Under the pieces are notes generated by a model. It made no database searches and was not told where the DNA came from. It was given only the letters and a program-made list of their open reading frames with translations. A program made the position numbers and the translations under genes. This document shows positions 1-13,399 of a stretch of 64,000 nt of DNA, in pieces. Origin of the DNA: Amoebidium appalachense (lineage: Eukaryota; Protista; Ichthyosporea); contig CAVNZM010000003.1 in assembly GCA_963693365.1 (NCBI GenBank), positions 5,519,999 through 5,583,998 on the forward strand. The letters run 5' to 3'. How positions within the stretch are numbered: the first letter of the stretch is position 1; every line of letters begins with the position of its first letter.

Positions 1-1830
1 GATGCTGACCAGTGCCATTCGAGGCTTGGTGAGACGTGCAGACCGACGAAGGTTCGGCTTGGGGGGGTCCTTGAGGGGGGTGGAGGCCGGGGAGGTGTTG
101 TAGGCCGGGACAGGGGCATGGAAGCCAGGAATAGGACCGGTGGTGAGGGGGGCATCGGTGTCCACAGGGCTGCTCGAGGCCGAGTGGAAGGTGGGGGACC
201 CAGGACGAACCGGAGTCATGTAGCCGGGTTGATGCACAGCAACGGGGGGGGCCGGCAGCAAGGGTTGTTGGCCAGTGGGGGGGGGGCTCGGGGGAGGTAC
301 GGGTTCAACCGGGGCTGGTTGGTTGTGCCAGGAGGGCTGGGAGATGACCACAGACGGAGTTTCATCGTCGTCGTCGGAGGGGGGGTCCAATGTCGGCAGA
401 TCGGGTTTGGGGGGATCGGGGACCTGATTGGTGCTGCTCGTGAATTTTGACTCGTCGAAGATGACGTCACGGCAGATCTTGACTTGGTTGCTGGCACGGT
501 CGAGGATCTTGTGTGCCTTGGAGGGCAGATCCCAGCCAACGTAGGTGCCGACTCTGACGGTTGATGCAAGCTTGTTCCTCTTGGATCGGGGAACATGCAC
601 ATAGGCAGGGGAGCCGAACACGTGGAGCTGGGAGACGTCGGGTTTGAAGCCGTGGAAGGCCTCGAAGGGGGTGTTGCCGTTGGCAGCAGATGACGGTGTG
701 ACGTTGATGATGTAGCCAGCATGCTTGAGAGCAGCAACCCACAACTTGGGAGAGAGAGGTTGGTCCTTGTCGGCATGGAGGAAGCAACGGACTGTCTCTT
801 GAAGTTCTCTCATCTTCCGTTCAACAACACCGTTGTGCTGTGGTGTGTCGACGGGGGCAAACTCCATGATGATGCCTTTCTGCTTGCAGTAGGCCTCGGT
901 GTCCTTGGAGGTGAACTCAGAGCCGGAGTCAAACCGAAGATGGGTGACGATCTCAGGTGTCTGACGTTCGATGGTTTCAACGAGAGACTGAATGTAGCTG
1001 AGGGTTTCAGCACGGTTGTAGAGGGGGAACACGGTGGTGTAACCGGTGGCATCACAAACACACACCAGAGCAACCTTGTAGCCTCCGTAGGAAGCACAGG
1101 GAGCTTCGAAGAAGTCCAGGTGCCACTTAGCACCGGGGATGGTGAACCGGGAACGGGTGCCGGGAAATGGAGCCTTGGTGGTCTTGCCAGACATGCAGCC
1201 GAAGCAGTCACTGTTGTCGGGTGACTTGAGGGAGGGGGGCATGCGGATGACAAGCTCATCCTTGGCCATCCTGGTGACGGTGGAGAGGGCACGGTGGCCG
1301 AGACGGTTGTGCCAAAGGGTGAGGTCGTCGGTTGGTTGAGTCCTTGCTGTGTAGGCTTGGACCCACGGGTGTTGAGGAGTGTCAATCACATAGTCAGTGA
1401 TGTAGTAGAGACCGTTGAGGGGAGTGAGGTCGGTAATGATGTCACCATTACGGCTGTAGGGGAACAACGGGTGAGTGTCTGCATCGTCACAATGACCAAG
1501 GAGGCCGGCAGTTGAGGCCATGGAGGCAGACACGAGGAAGGATGGTGACTCGGGTACGTAGAGAGCATTGATGCTGCACGGGGTAGAGTGGCCGTTGTAG
1601 TGCAGTGTCAGGTTGATGATGCCACGGTGTGTGGCATTGACGGTGCCAAGGCCGTGAATGGGGGTGGGGGGACACGGGGTAAGGGAGGAGAAATACTCCT
1701 TGATGGGGCAGATGTGTGCATTACAAGCACTGTCCCAGACGGGGTCGTCACGGTCGGGTGTGCCGGTGGAGGAGATGAGTGCAAATTGCACACTCTTGTT
1801 GCCTTTCTCCTGCTTGGCACGACGAGCAAC
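1..1830 (-). CDS. pol: Copia pol, partial: aspartic protease, HHCC zinc finger, DDE integrase; frame appears open to the window edge
   Basis: Manual translation from 1830 downward: VARRAKQ...VWDSACNAHICP (protease), LWHNRLGH...CFGC (HHCC), WHLDFF...LRFDSGSEF...NGVVER (D,D35E), LHVFGSPAYVHVP...CRDVIFDE. Absent from the ORF track, consistent with no stop inside the window. Confidence 0.92.
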
Positions 1831-2762
1831 TGTTAAATTGTATAAGTATTTGGGATGTAAGCAGAGACACAGTGGTGCAGTGTGAAAACACCACAGACAC
1901 ACAACAACAAAACACGGAAGGATCGGAGAAGTGTACACAACAGACATCAATGTTTAGACACGACTGAACTCAATTTATTTTGATCGCTAATAAATACCTG
2001 AAATTCCCTTAAGTTAAATCCATACATGATTTCCGACCAGTCGGAAATCAGATCTATGTCTAAAATAACCAATCACAATTAACTGATTATTTCCCGGATA
2101 GATCCGGAGACACAGGAACGCACACCATAGGTCACAGCTATAAGAAAGAAAAGAGGTGAAGAGTAACGAGGAAAGAGGTGATGTTTCTAACCTATCAACG
2201 GCTACAAAGACTCAGACATTTTCTGACTAAGTCCACTGATTGGATATAGTACGGCAACACACAAAACAAAAGTGGTTGACTAAGCTATGAATCATACCTG
2301 ACAAGCTAAAGTGTAACCTAAGTGTTTTTCTACCAATCAAAACATAACGAGTAATATAAATCTACTCAACGTATATTAGTGAGAGAGAAATATAATTATG
2401 TGAAAGGAAACAAGAGAAGAAAGAAAGAGAAAAGAAAGAAGAAGAAAGAGGAAAAAGAAAAGAAAGCAGGACAGAAAACACGAACAGCAAAACACAGTTA
2501 TAACCGAAGATATTCATGTACACATAACATGTACACGTTTCTCCCTCACTGGGTAGACTCGTGTACCTATAATCAGTTGCTGTAATCGATATCTAAACAC
2601 ACGAATATACCCGACACAACACGATTACAAGTACTCAAATACACTGGAGATCGATGTCATAATTTACGTACAAGGAGCGCATCTTTTTCATTAAGTAAAT
2701 GAATGAAAACATAACACGAACTGAGAAGATCTTACAATATGTAAATACTACGTATTATAACA
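1831..2762. mobile_element. Solo LTR-like insertion (932 bp) with 5-bp target-site duplication
   Basis: Starts TGTTA, ends TAACA; flanked by GCAAC at 1826-1830 and 2763-2767; AT-rich and non-coding; removing it restores the gag-pol frame. Confidence 0.88.
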
Positions 2763-3724
2763 GCAACAGCACAGCCAGGCTCCGGGCATGCTGTGATGTG
2801 GTGGGGCTCATGGCAGTAGGAACACTCCACCTTCTTGGTGTTGTGTTGTCGGTTACGGTTGTCCCTGTTACCACGGTGGTAAGGGGAAGTTGAACGGGGG
2901 CCGGGTGACTTGGAGGACGGACGAGGATCACGGGAACGGGACGGGGAACGGTGAGGTGTATGCTCACGTCGAGGTATACGGTTACGAAGGTCACCGGGGG
3001 GAAGCACTCTGCTCTGGAGTGCTCGAAGAGGACGGTTGTTGACGGTTGCACCAGTGCCTGCGTCGATGAGGCCGGCACGGATTTCAGCTCCTCGGATGTC
3101 ACTGATGAGCTGGTTGAAGCACGGGTAGGCCTTGTTGTTCATCCAGTAGTCGGAGCAGAGACGTTCAATGTCGGAGCAGACCAGGGCCGTGTTCTTCCGG
3201 AGGTGAAGGAAGAACTTACGTACGACATCCTTGTGCTGGACGGGCTCGTCGAGGCAGGCAAGTGTCGTAGCCAGACGTTGGAGACGAGTGAGGTATGCTG
3301 TGACGTTGGGGTAGTCTCGTAGTTCAAGCTCCTCGTAGGTGACTTGAATCTGGGTGACTCGGGCCTCCTTCTCTGCCACATACGCCATACGCAGGTTGTG
3401 GAAGACTTCTCCACCGTGGACACCGTCTTGCATCCGGCCGGAGTCGTAGAGCTCTGTCGGATGGACGGACTGGTTGAGGATCTGGTCGAGGACGTCGGAA
3501 GCTTTCTTGTAGGAGTCCTTGGTGGCGTAGCCTAGCCACTGATTGGCCTCAGTGCCGTCAACCCACTGTGGCCTCTTGATATCGTCAACGAATTTCTCGG
3601 CAATGGTTGTTCTTATGAACCGGTGGATGAGTGGCTCCCACTCGAAATAATTGAGACGTTTCTCGTCTCTTTTCTCGGACGGATTCCATATTGGAAGGTT
3701 GATGTACGACGGTTTGTCAGTCAT
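2763..3724 (-). CDS. gag: Copia gag (MTDKPSY...), with C-terminal Zn knuckle CSYCHEPHHITAC
   Basis: ORF 2732..3874; UBN2-like segment YPNVTAYLTRLQRLATTL, Arg/Ser-rich linker and CCHC knuckle variant. Confidence 0.88.
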
Positions 3725-3906
3725 GATTGAAGCAGTAAGACTGAGGAATTTCGCGGTTGTAACGAGATTGTGTGTTAGCGTGCAAAGGGGCCGTAAATCT
3801 GTTGTTTTGTGTGGGTAAACGGGGAAGCAGAGTGCACAGATGGGTGTTATGTTATACACAACACGGAGACACACGGGAGAAACACAACCGGAGAGGTGGA
3901 ACGATT

Positions 3907-3918
3907 ACTGGGGCCATA
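3907..3918 (-). promoter_or_regulatory. Possible degenerate half-tRNA(iMet)-type primer binding site; putative 5' LTR with TATAAAAG (3963-3970) lies upstream
   Basis: Minus strand reads TATGGCCCCAGT, similar to copia GGTTATGGGCCCAG; the LTR-terminal CA is not evident. Confidence 0.3.
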
Positions 3919-4559
3919 GGAAAAGAATACGACTGCTTGATATTTATTCCAAGATGAAGTCCCTTTTATACTTGGGAATGTGAAAACGATAAACCAATCA
4001 AAAGGACGAAAACTCTATTTTCCAATCAAAAAGACGAAAACTATGAGTGTAAAATATATCGATCGAAATCGTCTGTCGACACATAGAATATAAAACTCAA
4101 TCCTCTAATGAAAGAAACTTCTAATAAAAACACGGAAACATTTAACAAAATGAAACCACTTATGTAACTATTAGTTCACATCATACATTTATACATGTTC
4201 TTATCATAACACGTCTAAACTTTAGTATAAGTATTCCTAATAGTTGGAGAACATAGCACAATGCTACGTCGTGAGAAAGGAATGGGAAAGGAATGTAAGT
4301 TACTATATTTGGGAAAATACAAACGAGATCTGATTGGGTGACATATTTAGATATTGACACAAACGACAATACGTCTGCGCGAGCTAAGTATGTCGATACG
4401 TACACAGATCTAAGATATCGGTGTACACGGAAACAGAAAGGAAAGAAAGAAAGAAAGGAAGAAAGGAAAAGGGAAAAGGAAACAAACTACAACAAACTAA
4501 TAAATAAATACAAAACTCAACTTCTAAGTCTTGCTATGAATCATGGGAAGATGACAGGG

Positions 4560-6987
4560 GGAGGGAAGGGCGGGATGTAGGGAAAGGCGAAAGAAAAAGG
4601 TCGAGGAGAGGGTAAGTCCACCTATAGCACGATCCCCACAAGTGATTGATCAAATAAAATTCGCTTGTCTTTAAGTGTATTTCTTTACTTGTGGATGCAT
4701 GCATCTGCTCTTGCACAAAGCTGTGTTCATTTGTAGGTGTGTGCGCGGTTTGTCATCATAACTAGCTCGTGTGTGCAGCAGTGTCTGATAAGTGTTTAAG
4801 TAGAGGGGAAAAAGAAAGAAAAAACCACCCACCTTCACTTTTCACAGCCCCGGCATGTGCCTGCCGTGTGGCTGCATTCTGTCCACCGCTGAGGCCCAAA
4901 ATGGCTGCTGACCTCCGCACCGTGGCTGCATGCATCCCCTGCACATGATATTGGTCCAATCAGTGCAAGTATCGGAGGAATATGTCAGGGCATATGGTTT
5001 ACATAGTAATCTTTATCCATTGCCTCTCATTGGCCCGCCAAAATGGGGATGCCATATGTGCCACACGTAACGACAAGAGACCTGCCATTTGTCCCAGTCT
5101 TTTTTTTTTTTGGAGAGGGGGGGGGGGGGGGGGGGGGGGGGGACGAGGGAGGGAGAGGGTGGAAAGAGAAGAGAAAACGCAAGGGATGAGGCCTCCGGAG
5201 CAGGTGAAGTGGAAAGGGAGTGTGGAGAGTGGGGTCGAGGGGGAAGGGGGGGTGGGGGGGGGGGGGAGGCGGGAAGCGCAGGGGGTTGGGGGGTTGGGGG
5301 GGTTGGGGGGGTGGGTATCGAATATAGCTGCTGATAGACTCGGGAAGGTGCGAAGGAGAGCATAGGAGGCAGGCGGCGGAAGGGGGGGGGGGGGGGGCTG
5401 TGCTTACTCTGGCCGTGTTGCAGCAAAAGAGGTGTGTCGGCTGAAAGAGGGACAGAATATTGCAACCCTGTGTCCAAACATGATGTCTGTGTGATGGTGG
5501 TCAACGAGTGGGGGAGGGTGGCGCTGCCGGGGGAAAGAAGGGGGGACGGGAGGGGATGATGCCACTGGCAGGAAGAATATCTGCTTGTGGTCAAGGAGCC
5601 AAGTAAGCCAGAAAAATAACGTAAGCAGATTTTAGGGGTTCTAAGTGAACCTGCGAATAAATACAGCATAAGCATGAACCAGAGGAAAATGGGGAAGCGG
5701 GCGCTGAACTTCTGTCGTAACTGGTCGATCGGAGGAAGTTGTTTACACCATTGGGAAAAGCCGAAAGCATTCTTTGTTGTACTATACAAGGATAAATCGT
5801 GGCTGGTTTGATCATACAAAAAGACTTTGGTGGATTGGTGGGTGGTGGCCACGGAAGCAGGGGGAAGATAACGGGAGACTCCGTATGGGACAAGGAGTAT
5901 GGAGGGGGGGGGGGGGGGAGAGGGGGGGGGGGGGGAGGGGGGGGGATGCCAGGGGGAGAGGAAGTAATCGAATACCTTTTCACATTAGTTGCTTGGGTCC
6001 CGGCAGGATGCTAGAAAAGCAAGGCACTTGTGTGTTTGTCACCGGAAGGCTTTTGCTGACGACATCAGCTGTGTGTGTGTAACATCAAAGCCTCCCTGCG
6101 TCATCAACGGCGCCTGCGTGTGTGCATCAAGGCCCTATCAGCATGCGTATCACGGCCTCCTGTGCTGTGGCTTTGCAATTGGCATACTCGCGCTCGTGTA
6201 CGTACGCGTCTCGAGCTCTCCCACTGCGCGGCAGCTCTGCGCGGCTCGAGCTCCGAGTCTCACGCCGTAGTCTCACAACTATCTTGAACAGCGGTTTGCG
6301 CAAACACATTCTTCAAAGAAAGCACAGAGCGATTGGCCAAACACGCATCTGATGACGTCACCGGTGCCCGCTTCAGCAAAGTCACAACGGTTTTGTTTCG
6401 GGCTCACCGTTGTGACTTTGCTGAAGCGGGCACTGGTGACGTCATCAGATGCGTGTTTGGCCAATCGCTCTGTGCTTTCTTTGAAGAATGTGTTTGCGCA
6501 AACCGCTGCTCAAGATAGTTGTGAGGCTACGGCGTGAGACTCGGAGCTCGAGCCGCGCAGAGCTGCCGCGCAGTGGGAGAGCTCGAGACGCGTACGTACA
6601 CGAGCGCGAGTATGCCAATTGCAAAGCCACAGCACAGGAGGCCGTGATATACGCACGCTGATAGGGCCTTGATGCACACACGCAGGCGCCGTTGATGACG
6701 CAGGGAGGCTTTGATGTTACACACACACAGCTGAGACCGTGACCCGAGTCGAGCGGGGAAGCTTCCAGACTTTGCACGTAAATTTAAATCAACTTTCATT
6801 TGGCGTTGGGCACACAGCTGTACTAGTAGCTGGTGTGCATGTGAAGATAGGATGGTAGGGTCACGGTTGATGGTATATTTGCTCGTCAACGTGCGTCGGA
6901 CAGGCAATACATCATCGATGCACACAAGGCCATTTTTGATCGTGAGCATACTAGTAGTAGACAGAATCAGTCCATTTCGGGCACTAA

Positions 6988-7032
<45 letters not shown>

Positions 7033-7330
7033 TTCCCCTCCCTCCCCCCCTCTTCCCCTGCCCGAGGACCCTCTCACCACCTACCCAACCTACCCGCACC
7101 TTGTAGGAAAATTGAGGGGGGAGAGGGGCAACGGGGTGTATTCCACGAAATCGAAACATGAACGCGCAAGGAAAATATACGTGTACTTGGGTTCCTTTAC
7201 TGTGTATTAAGGAACCCCACGGTGTAACCCCTCAGTTTGTGGCGGTTATAAAGCAAGATTTGTGTTGTTTCTGGGCTGCAGTAGCTGGCTGCAGTTTGCC
7301 TGCACTGCTCTTCACGATGATTTATCGTCT
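4560..7330. repeat. Copy A of a diverged ~2.5-kb segmental duplication with degenerate minus-strand exon remnants
   Basis: Collinear matches to 10440-12830, e.g. GGAGAGGGTAAGTCCAC..TAGCACGATCCCCACAAG, CCACCGCTGAGGCCCAAAATGG, GGTTTGCGCAAACACATTCTTC, TGTAACCCCTCA. Confidence 0.85.
6065..6734. repeat. Long near-perfect inverted repeat: ~327-bp arms (6065-6391, 6406-6734) with a 14-nt loop
   Basis: Centre GCTTCAGCAAAGTCACAACGGT-tttgtttcgggctc-ACCGTTGTGACTTTGCTGAAGC; near-identical ORFs on both strands (6279..6464 - and 6333..6518 +). Confidence 0.95.
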
Positions 7331-7644
7331 CTTGTTCTCTGCACCGGCTTCTCCAAATCCAGTGCACAAAAATAGGGCTTCCTGATTGTTACACGCTCGT
7401 GCGTACACGGACGCGCGCATGCCGCAAGCGAGCTGGCGCACACACCCGCGCGCGTGGGCGCACGCACACACACACACACGCACACACACACGTGACACAC
7501 ACACACACACTCAGTCACACACACACGTGCACATACAACTTGTGACAAAGGTTTTCTGCTTGAGGCCCCGCTACGTGTGCCCTCCTCTCTCCCCCCTCCC
7601 AGACACATACACACACAAACACACACACACACACACACGCACAC

Positions 7645-7678
<34 letters not shown>

Positions 7679-7682
7679 CATG

Positions 7683-7722
<40 letters not shown>

Positions 7723-7782
7723 GTGCACCCATACACCCCCTCAAAAAGAGAGAGACAGAGAGAGAGGAGAGAGGGGGGGAAG

Positions 7783-7832
<50 letters not shown>

Positions 7833-7977
7833 GGAGGGAGGGAGGGAGGGAGGGAGGGAGGGAGGGAGGGAGAGGGAGAGAGAGAGAGAGAGAGAGAAAG
7901 CCCGAAGCAAAAAAGAAAAGGAAGGAAGGAAGAAAAATTCGCGATTTGGTTGTTCAGGAGTTATGGGAACCGTTGGT

Positions 7978-8685
7978 TTATTTTTTTTCATTCATAGGTT
8001 GCTCAAGCAGTGACACCATGTCCGCTCGGAGTTTCATGTCCCGAACAACTCTACCACGGTTTATTCTGACGACATAACTTCTAATAGATTCTGATCGATG
8101 TCTTGTGATTCCTACTCCGATATGTTCTCCGCCTTTTACCTCCTCCTCTGTCAGGTAGTCTGTTTCTCTGTAGAAGTTGATTCTCCATAGGCGCTCAGTC
8201 TTGGTCATATCCAACAAGCGAACCGCCGCATCAACCGCTACAGCAGCCTCACTGTCCGTCGTAAAGCTTCCTACATGCTGATGGCCTGACCTTGGAACAG
8301 TCACACCAGCCTTCCAGGGTTTGGTAGACACGCGTCTTGGGTCAAAGAACACCCCTCGATACCGTGTTACTTTCTTTGCCTCCAACCTTTCCGTCCACCG
8401 AGTCTTTACCCTTTCCAACTCTGCACGAGTAGCTCTAAACCGCGGGAGGTATCCCAATGCAACATTTGTCAACGCATGATATTGGTCGCCAAGTACACCC
8501 TGCCTGACCAAGTATTTGACTGCAACATCATGGTGGCGGGCTGCTGCCACCTCGTCACTGAAATAGCCTGTGTGGAGCACATTGCTTACCCCTGTCTTCC
8601 AATTGTTCTTCTTTTGGTACCAAGATACACCTCGATACTTGGAGGTGCCTTTGGGTGGTGCCGGAGAGAAATTTCTAACTGCCAT
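7978..8685 (-). CDS. Protein with two AP2/ERF DNA-binding domains (may have upstream exons near 9610-9787)
   Basis: TSKYRGVSW...W...HTGYFSDEVAAARHHDVA and TRYRGVFF...KPWKA...HVGSFTTDSEAAVAVDAA...RINF. Confidence 0.85.
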   Translation of the reverse strand: MAVRNFSPAPPKGTSKYRGVSWYQKKNNWKTGVSNVLHTGYFSDEVAAARHHDVAVKYLVRQGVLGDQYHALTNVALGYLPRFRATRAELERVKTRWTERLEAKKVTRYRGVFFDPRRVSTKPWKAGVTVPRSGHQHVGSFTTDSEAAVAVDAAVRLLDMTKTERLWRINFYRETDYLTEEEVKGGEHIGVGITRHRSESIRSYVVRINRGRVVRDMKLRADMVSLLEQPMNEKK

Positions 8686-8890
8686 CCTTTGGTGTACTAG
8701 TAGGGCTGTTGGTGCTGTCTGGGTGGCGGTCCACATCTGCCACCAAGCAGTCAGGGTCAGACTGCCATCCTCATGGGCATGGTGGGCCTTAAGTGACACA
8801 ACCAAGATGTAATCGTGAAGGGTATCATCGTGACGTGTGTGTACGTGAGTGCGGAATGACAGAGAACAGATGCGGCAGATTTCTGAAGAG

Positions 8891-8927
<37 letters not shown>

Positions 8928-9504
8928 TTTGAAAGGAGGCAAGCTGGCGTGTATATCTGTGTACGTGTCTGTGATTGTGTGCATGAGCAGGCATGGGCAG
9001 ACGTGTGTGGCCATGATTGCCTGTGTGTGTGTGTGTCCTGGACGAACTGCAAGAGGCCTGCACGTGGACTATGACATACAGGCGTGGCGGTATTCGGCAG
9101 ACGCAAACCCACATAGTTTCATGCAGAGAGTGGTCTGCCAGTAGCTAAGTGACTCGTTAATACGCCTGCATGTATTTATGCACTTTAATGAATCGCATGC
9201 TCATGTAAGAGGGAGAGAGAGAGGGAAAGGGAGAGGGGGAGGGGGAGGGGGGAGGGGGAGGGGAGGGGGGGAGGGGGAGGGGGAGGGGGAGGGGGAGGGG
9301 AGGGGAGGGGGAGGGGGGGGGGGGAGGGGAGGGGGAGGGGGAGGGGGGGGAGAGGGGGAGAGGGAGAGGGAGAGGGAGAGGGGGGGGGGGGGGGGGGGGG
9401 AGGGGGGGGGGGAGGGGGAGGGGGAGGGGGGAGGGGGAGGGGGGGAGGGGGAGGGGGACGGGGAGGGGGACGGGAAGGGGGAGGGGGAGGGAGGGAGGGA
9501 GAGG

Positions 9505-9555
<51 letters not shown>

Positions 9556-10167
9556 ACGCAAAGTAAAGGAAACCTTGAAAAGGTAGGCCAGGACGTTGAG
9601 TGCTCACCTGCAAAGCTCTCACCTGCGTTTTCCAGCCCAGTGTGTAGACGGAAGACGAGGGTGTGGGCTGGGCTGGGCTGGTGGCCCAGAGTGGCCGGCT
9701 GGTCACAAAAACTGTATAGGAAAATAGGTTAGACTGTGTAGAAGCTGCTATATGAACTACGGGTGTGCCTATCCACTCTTGGGCCATCGGGAAATGTGGT
9801 GGATATGATCCTACCGACGACTCTTTAACACCGCAGTTTTTACCTTATTAGGGGAATAATCAATGGTTTCGAGATAACTGCCAACACGAATATTCTTTCA
9901 ATCGAACACGTGTGTATGCGTGTGTGTGCTTGTTTTTGTGTGCGTGTGTGTGTGTGTGTGTGTGTGGGGGGGGGGGGAGTGTCAAGTGCACGCTCATTCA
10001 CGTGCATGATCTTTCAAGGCCACAAACACACACAAGAACCCTGGCAACACATACAAAATACAGAAGCATACACTCGTACAGAAGGGGAGCTAGCAAGGCA
10101 TGTGTGTGTGTGGGCTAAGTGTGTGTCTTGGGTGAGCAAATGTGTGGACTGTGGATGGGGGAGACGG

Positions 10168-10232
<65 letters not shown>

Positions 10233-10297
10233 CGTGTGTGTTTTGTGTGTGTGTGTGTGTGTGTGTGTGCGTGCGTGCATGTGTGTGTGTGTCTGTC

Positions 10298-10399
<102 letters not shown>

Positions 10400-10439
10400 C
10401 GTGCATGTGCCGGGGGTGGAGGGGGGGGGGGGGGGGGGG

Positions 10440-10938
10440 AAGGGGCGGGATGCAGAGAGACGGTGAAAGAAAAAGGTAGAGGAGAGGGTAAGTCCACATA
10501 TAGCACGATCCCCACAAGTAAAACCGCTTGTCTTTAACTGTATTCCCTTAATTGTGGATGGGTGCACCTGCTCTTGCACAAGTTGTGTTCATTTGTAGGT
10601 GTGTACGCGGTTGGTCATCATAACTAGCTCGTGCGTGCAGTACTGACTGACAATTTTTTAAGTAGAGGGGGGAAAAGGAACAAAACCCACTGTCCACCCA
10701 TCTTCACTTTTTACAGCCCCGGCATGCGCCTGCCGTGTGGCTGTCTTTGGTCCACCGCTGAGGCCCAAAATGGCCGCTGACCTCCGCACCGTGGCTGCAT
10801 GCATCCCTTGCACATAATATTGGTCCAATCAGTGAGAGTCATTCGGGGGAAGATGTTAGAGCCGAACAAAGGGGGATAGCTCAGGTGCCACATGTAACCA
10901 CAAGTATTTAGCTATTTGCCCCAGTTCCCGGCGTATGG

Positions 10939-10989
<51 letters not shown>

Positions 10990-11098
10990 CGGGCAGGGAA
11001 GGGAAAGGGTAGAAAACATAAGGGCGAGGGACAGGGAGGTGGCCTCCGTAGCAGGTGAGCAGTATGTAGAGGGGGTGTGGGGTCGGGCGTTTTTGGGG

Positions 11099-11132
<34 letters not shown>

Positions 11133-12830
11133 GGGGAGGGGAAGGGAGGGAGGGAGATCAAAATGAACTAATGAGAGAAACGAAGGGGTGATGGAAGCTA
11201 TAGGAGAAGGGTGGGGGGGAGGGGGGAGGGGGGTAATGTGCTTACTCTTGCGCATGTTGCAACAAAAGAGGTGTGCCGGCTGAAAGTGGGACAGAAAGCT
11301 GCAACCCTCTGTCCAAACATGGTGTCTGTGGTGGTGGTGGTCATTAATGTTGGAGGAGATTTCGGGGGAAGAGGGGGGGAGGGGGGGGGGGATGCCAGGA
11401 AGAATGTCGGTTGTGGTCAAGGGGCCAAGTATTAAGGAAGACTAATGTAGGTAAATGACAAGGGTTCCAAAAATCCTGCACAGAAATACTGGGTCAGCAA
11501 TACCCAGCGGAGGAAAGGGGGCATGGAAACGGTCGTAAGTGGTGGATAAGGGGATCAAGGAGGAAGGGTAGTTGCTTATACATTTCGCAGAAGAACTTCT
11601 CCTGGTGTACTATGCGTCCTGGATATATTGTGGGTGCCTTGATCATAAAGAAGCGTTGGTGGGTTGGTGGGCTGGAAAAGCAGGGGGAAGACAAGGGGAG
11701 AACCCGCATGCAATAAGGAGTACAAAGTGGGGGGAGGGGGGGAGGGGGGGGGGGGGAAGGCAGCGGCAGAGAGGGAGGCGAGGTGGTCATGTGAAGAGAT
11801 AATCGAATACCTAAATTTTCGACTCTAGTTGCCTGAGTCCTGGCAGGATTCTTAATAGGCAAGCAAATACACTTGTGTGAACGGTTGTCACCGCGGGGGA
11901 CTCTTGCCGGTCCAGCTGTGTGTGTATTACTAACATCAAGGCCTCTGGATTCTACGTGTGTGCACAAAGGCCCATCAGCGTGCGTATATCAACATAAGTT
12001 TCTGTAGCTCTGTACGCATCATACGCGTGTCGAGGCTTGACGTGTGCTCTCTCTTTGATCACTGTGAAAGCTTTTCGCCTGAGCTCTTTTCGCCTGTGCA
12101 TCAAGGCCTCCTAAATAGCACACCTTAGGAGGCCTTGCTGTGCATGCAGTATGCACGGCACACACGGTTTGCGCAAACACATTCTTCTAAGAAAGCACAA
12201 AACGATTGGCCAGGCACACATCTGATGACGTCATCGCTGTCCCGTTTTCGCTTCCGGTTCACCCGGACCTGAGCGAGCTGCCCGGTGAAAAATCTTTGCA
12301 CATGCCCGTTAACGAATTATTCATTTGGAGTTGAGAATACAGCACCTGGTGTGCATGTGGAGAGAGGATGGTCGGTTCACGGTTGCTGGGGGATACGTGC
12401 ATGTGCACGTACAGGCATTTGTACATCATCCATGCACGCACGCCATTGCTGGCCATGTCATTGCCATGGGGGTTAACTCGGTTAATTTCTGGGATTGAGC
12501 CTTTCTTCCTCTCCCCCCCCCCCCCCCCCCCCCCTCCCCCTTCCCTCTCTCTCGCTTCCCCTGACGGAGAACCCTTTTAACACCAATCCAGCCTACCAGC
12601 CCCTTATAGAATAATGAGGGGGAAGAGGAAAGAGACGGTGTAAGGAGAAGAGTTCGAAACATGAAGGCGCCAGGAAAATTTACATGGACGTAGATCCCTT
12701 TATTGTGTAGGAAGATAGCCCACGCTGTAACCCCTCAATTTGCGGCGGTTGAAAGGCAGGATTTGTGATGTTTCATTGAGTAGGGCTGCGAGCTGCCGGC
12801 ACTGCTGCTCACTGAACACTATCGTCTCAA
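10440..12830. repeat. Copy B of the diverged segmental duplication (hairpin arm present only once)
   Basis: Collinear similarity to 4560-7330. Confidence 0.85.
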
Positions 12831-12900
12831 CTGCTCCGGCAGCCTCATAATCACTGCGCAAAAGCAATGGATGTGGGTTATTGTTCCGGATATGCACACA

Positions 12901-12999
<99 letters not shown>

Positions 13000-13122
13000 G
13001 CCGCGCGCGAGCGCGCGCACACACACACAGACACACACAGACACACACACACACACACACACGCTTTTTGCCTGTGATAGCAACTGCACGTGCCCCCTCC
13101 CCCCCCCCCCCCTTTTTTTGTA

Positions 13123-13165
<43 letters not shown>

Positions 13166-13252
13166 GAAAGAGAATATAAGAAAAAAAAGAAGAGAAAAGA
13201 AAAGACAAAGAAAAGAAAAAGAAAAAGAAAAAAAAATATACAAAAGTACCAT

Positions 13253-13380
<128 letters not shown>

Positions 13381-13399
13381 GAAAAAAAAAAAAAAAAAC

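Larger units (their letters stand above)
1..3918 (-). mobile_element. Ty1/copia LTR retrotransposon (gag-PR-INT part; RT/RNaseH would lie beyond the left edge), interrupted by a nested solo LTR
   Basis: Minus-strand order gag (Zn knuckle) - protease - GAG-pre-integrase - integrase, i.e. integrase directly after protease as in copia. Confidence 0.93.

Noticed and set aside
118-1836. Short ORFs on both strands listed in the track
   Set aside because: Shadow frames of the copia pol frame
1831-2762. Ordinary spliceosomal intron in gag-pol
   Set aside because: TG..CA termini with a perfect 5-bp TSD indicate an integrase-mediated insertion
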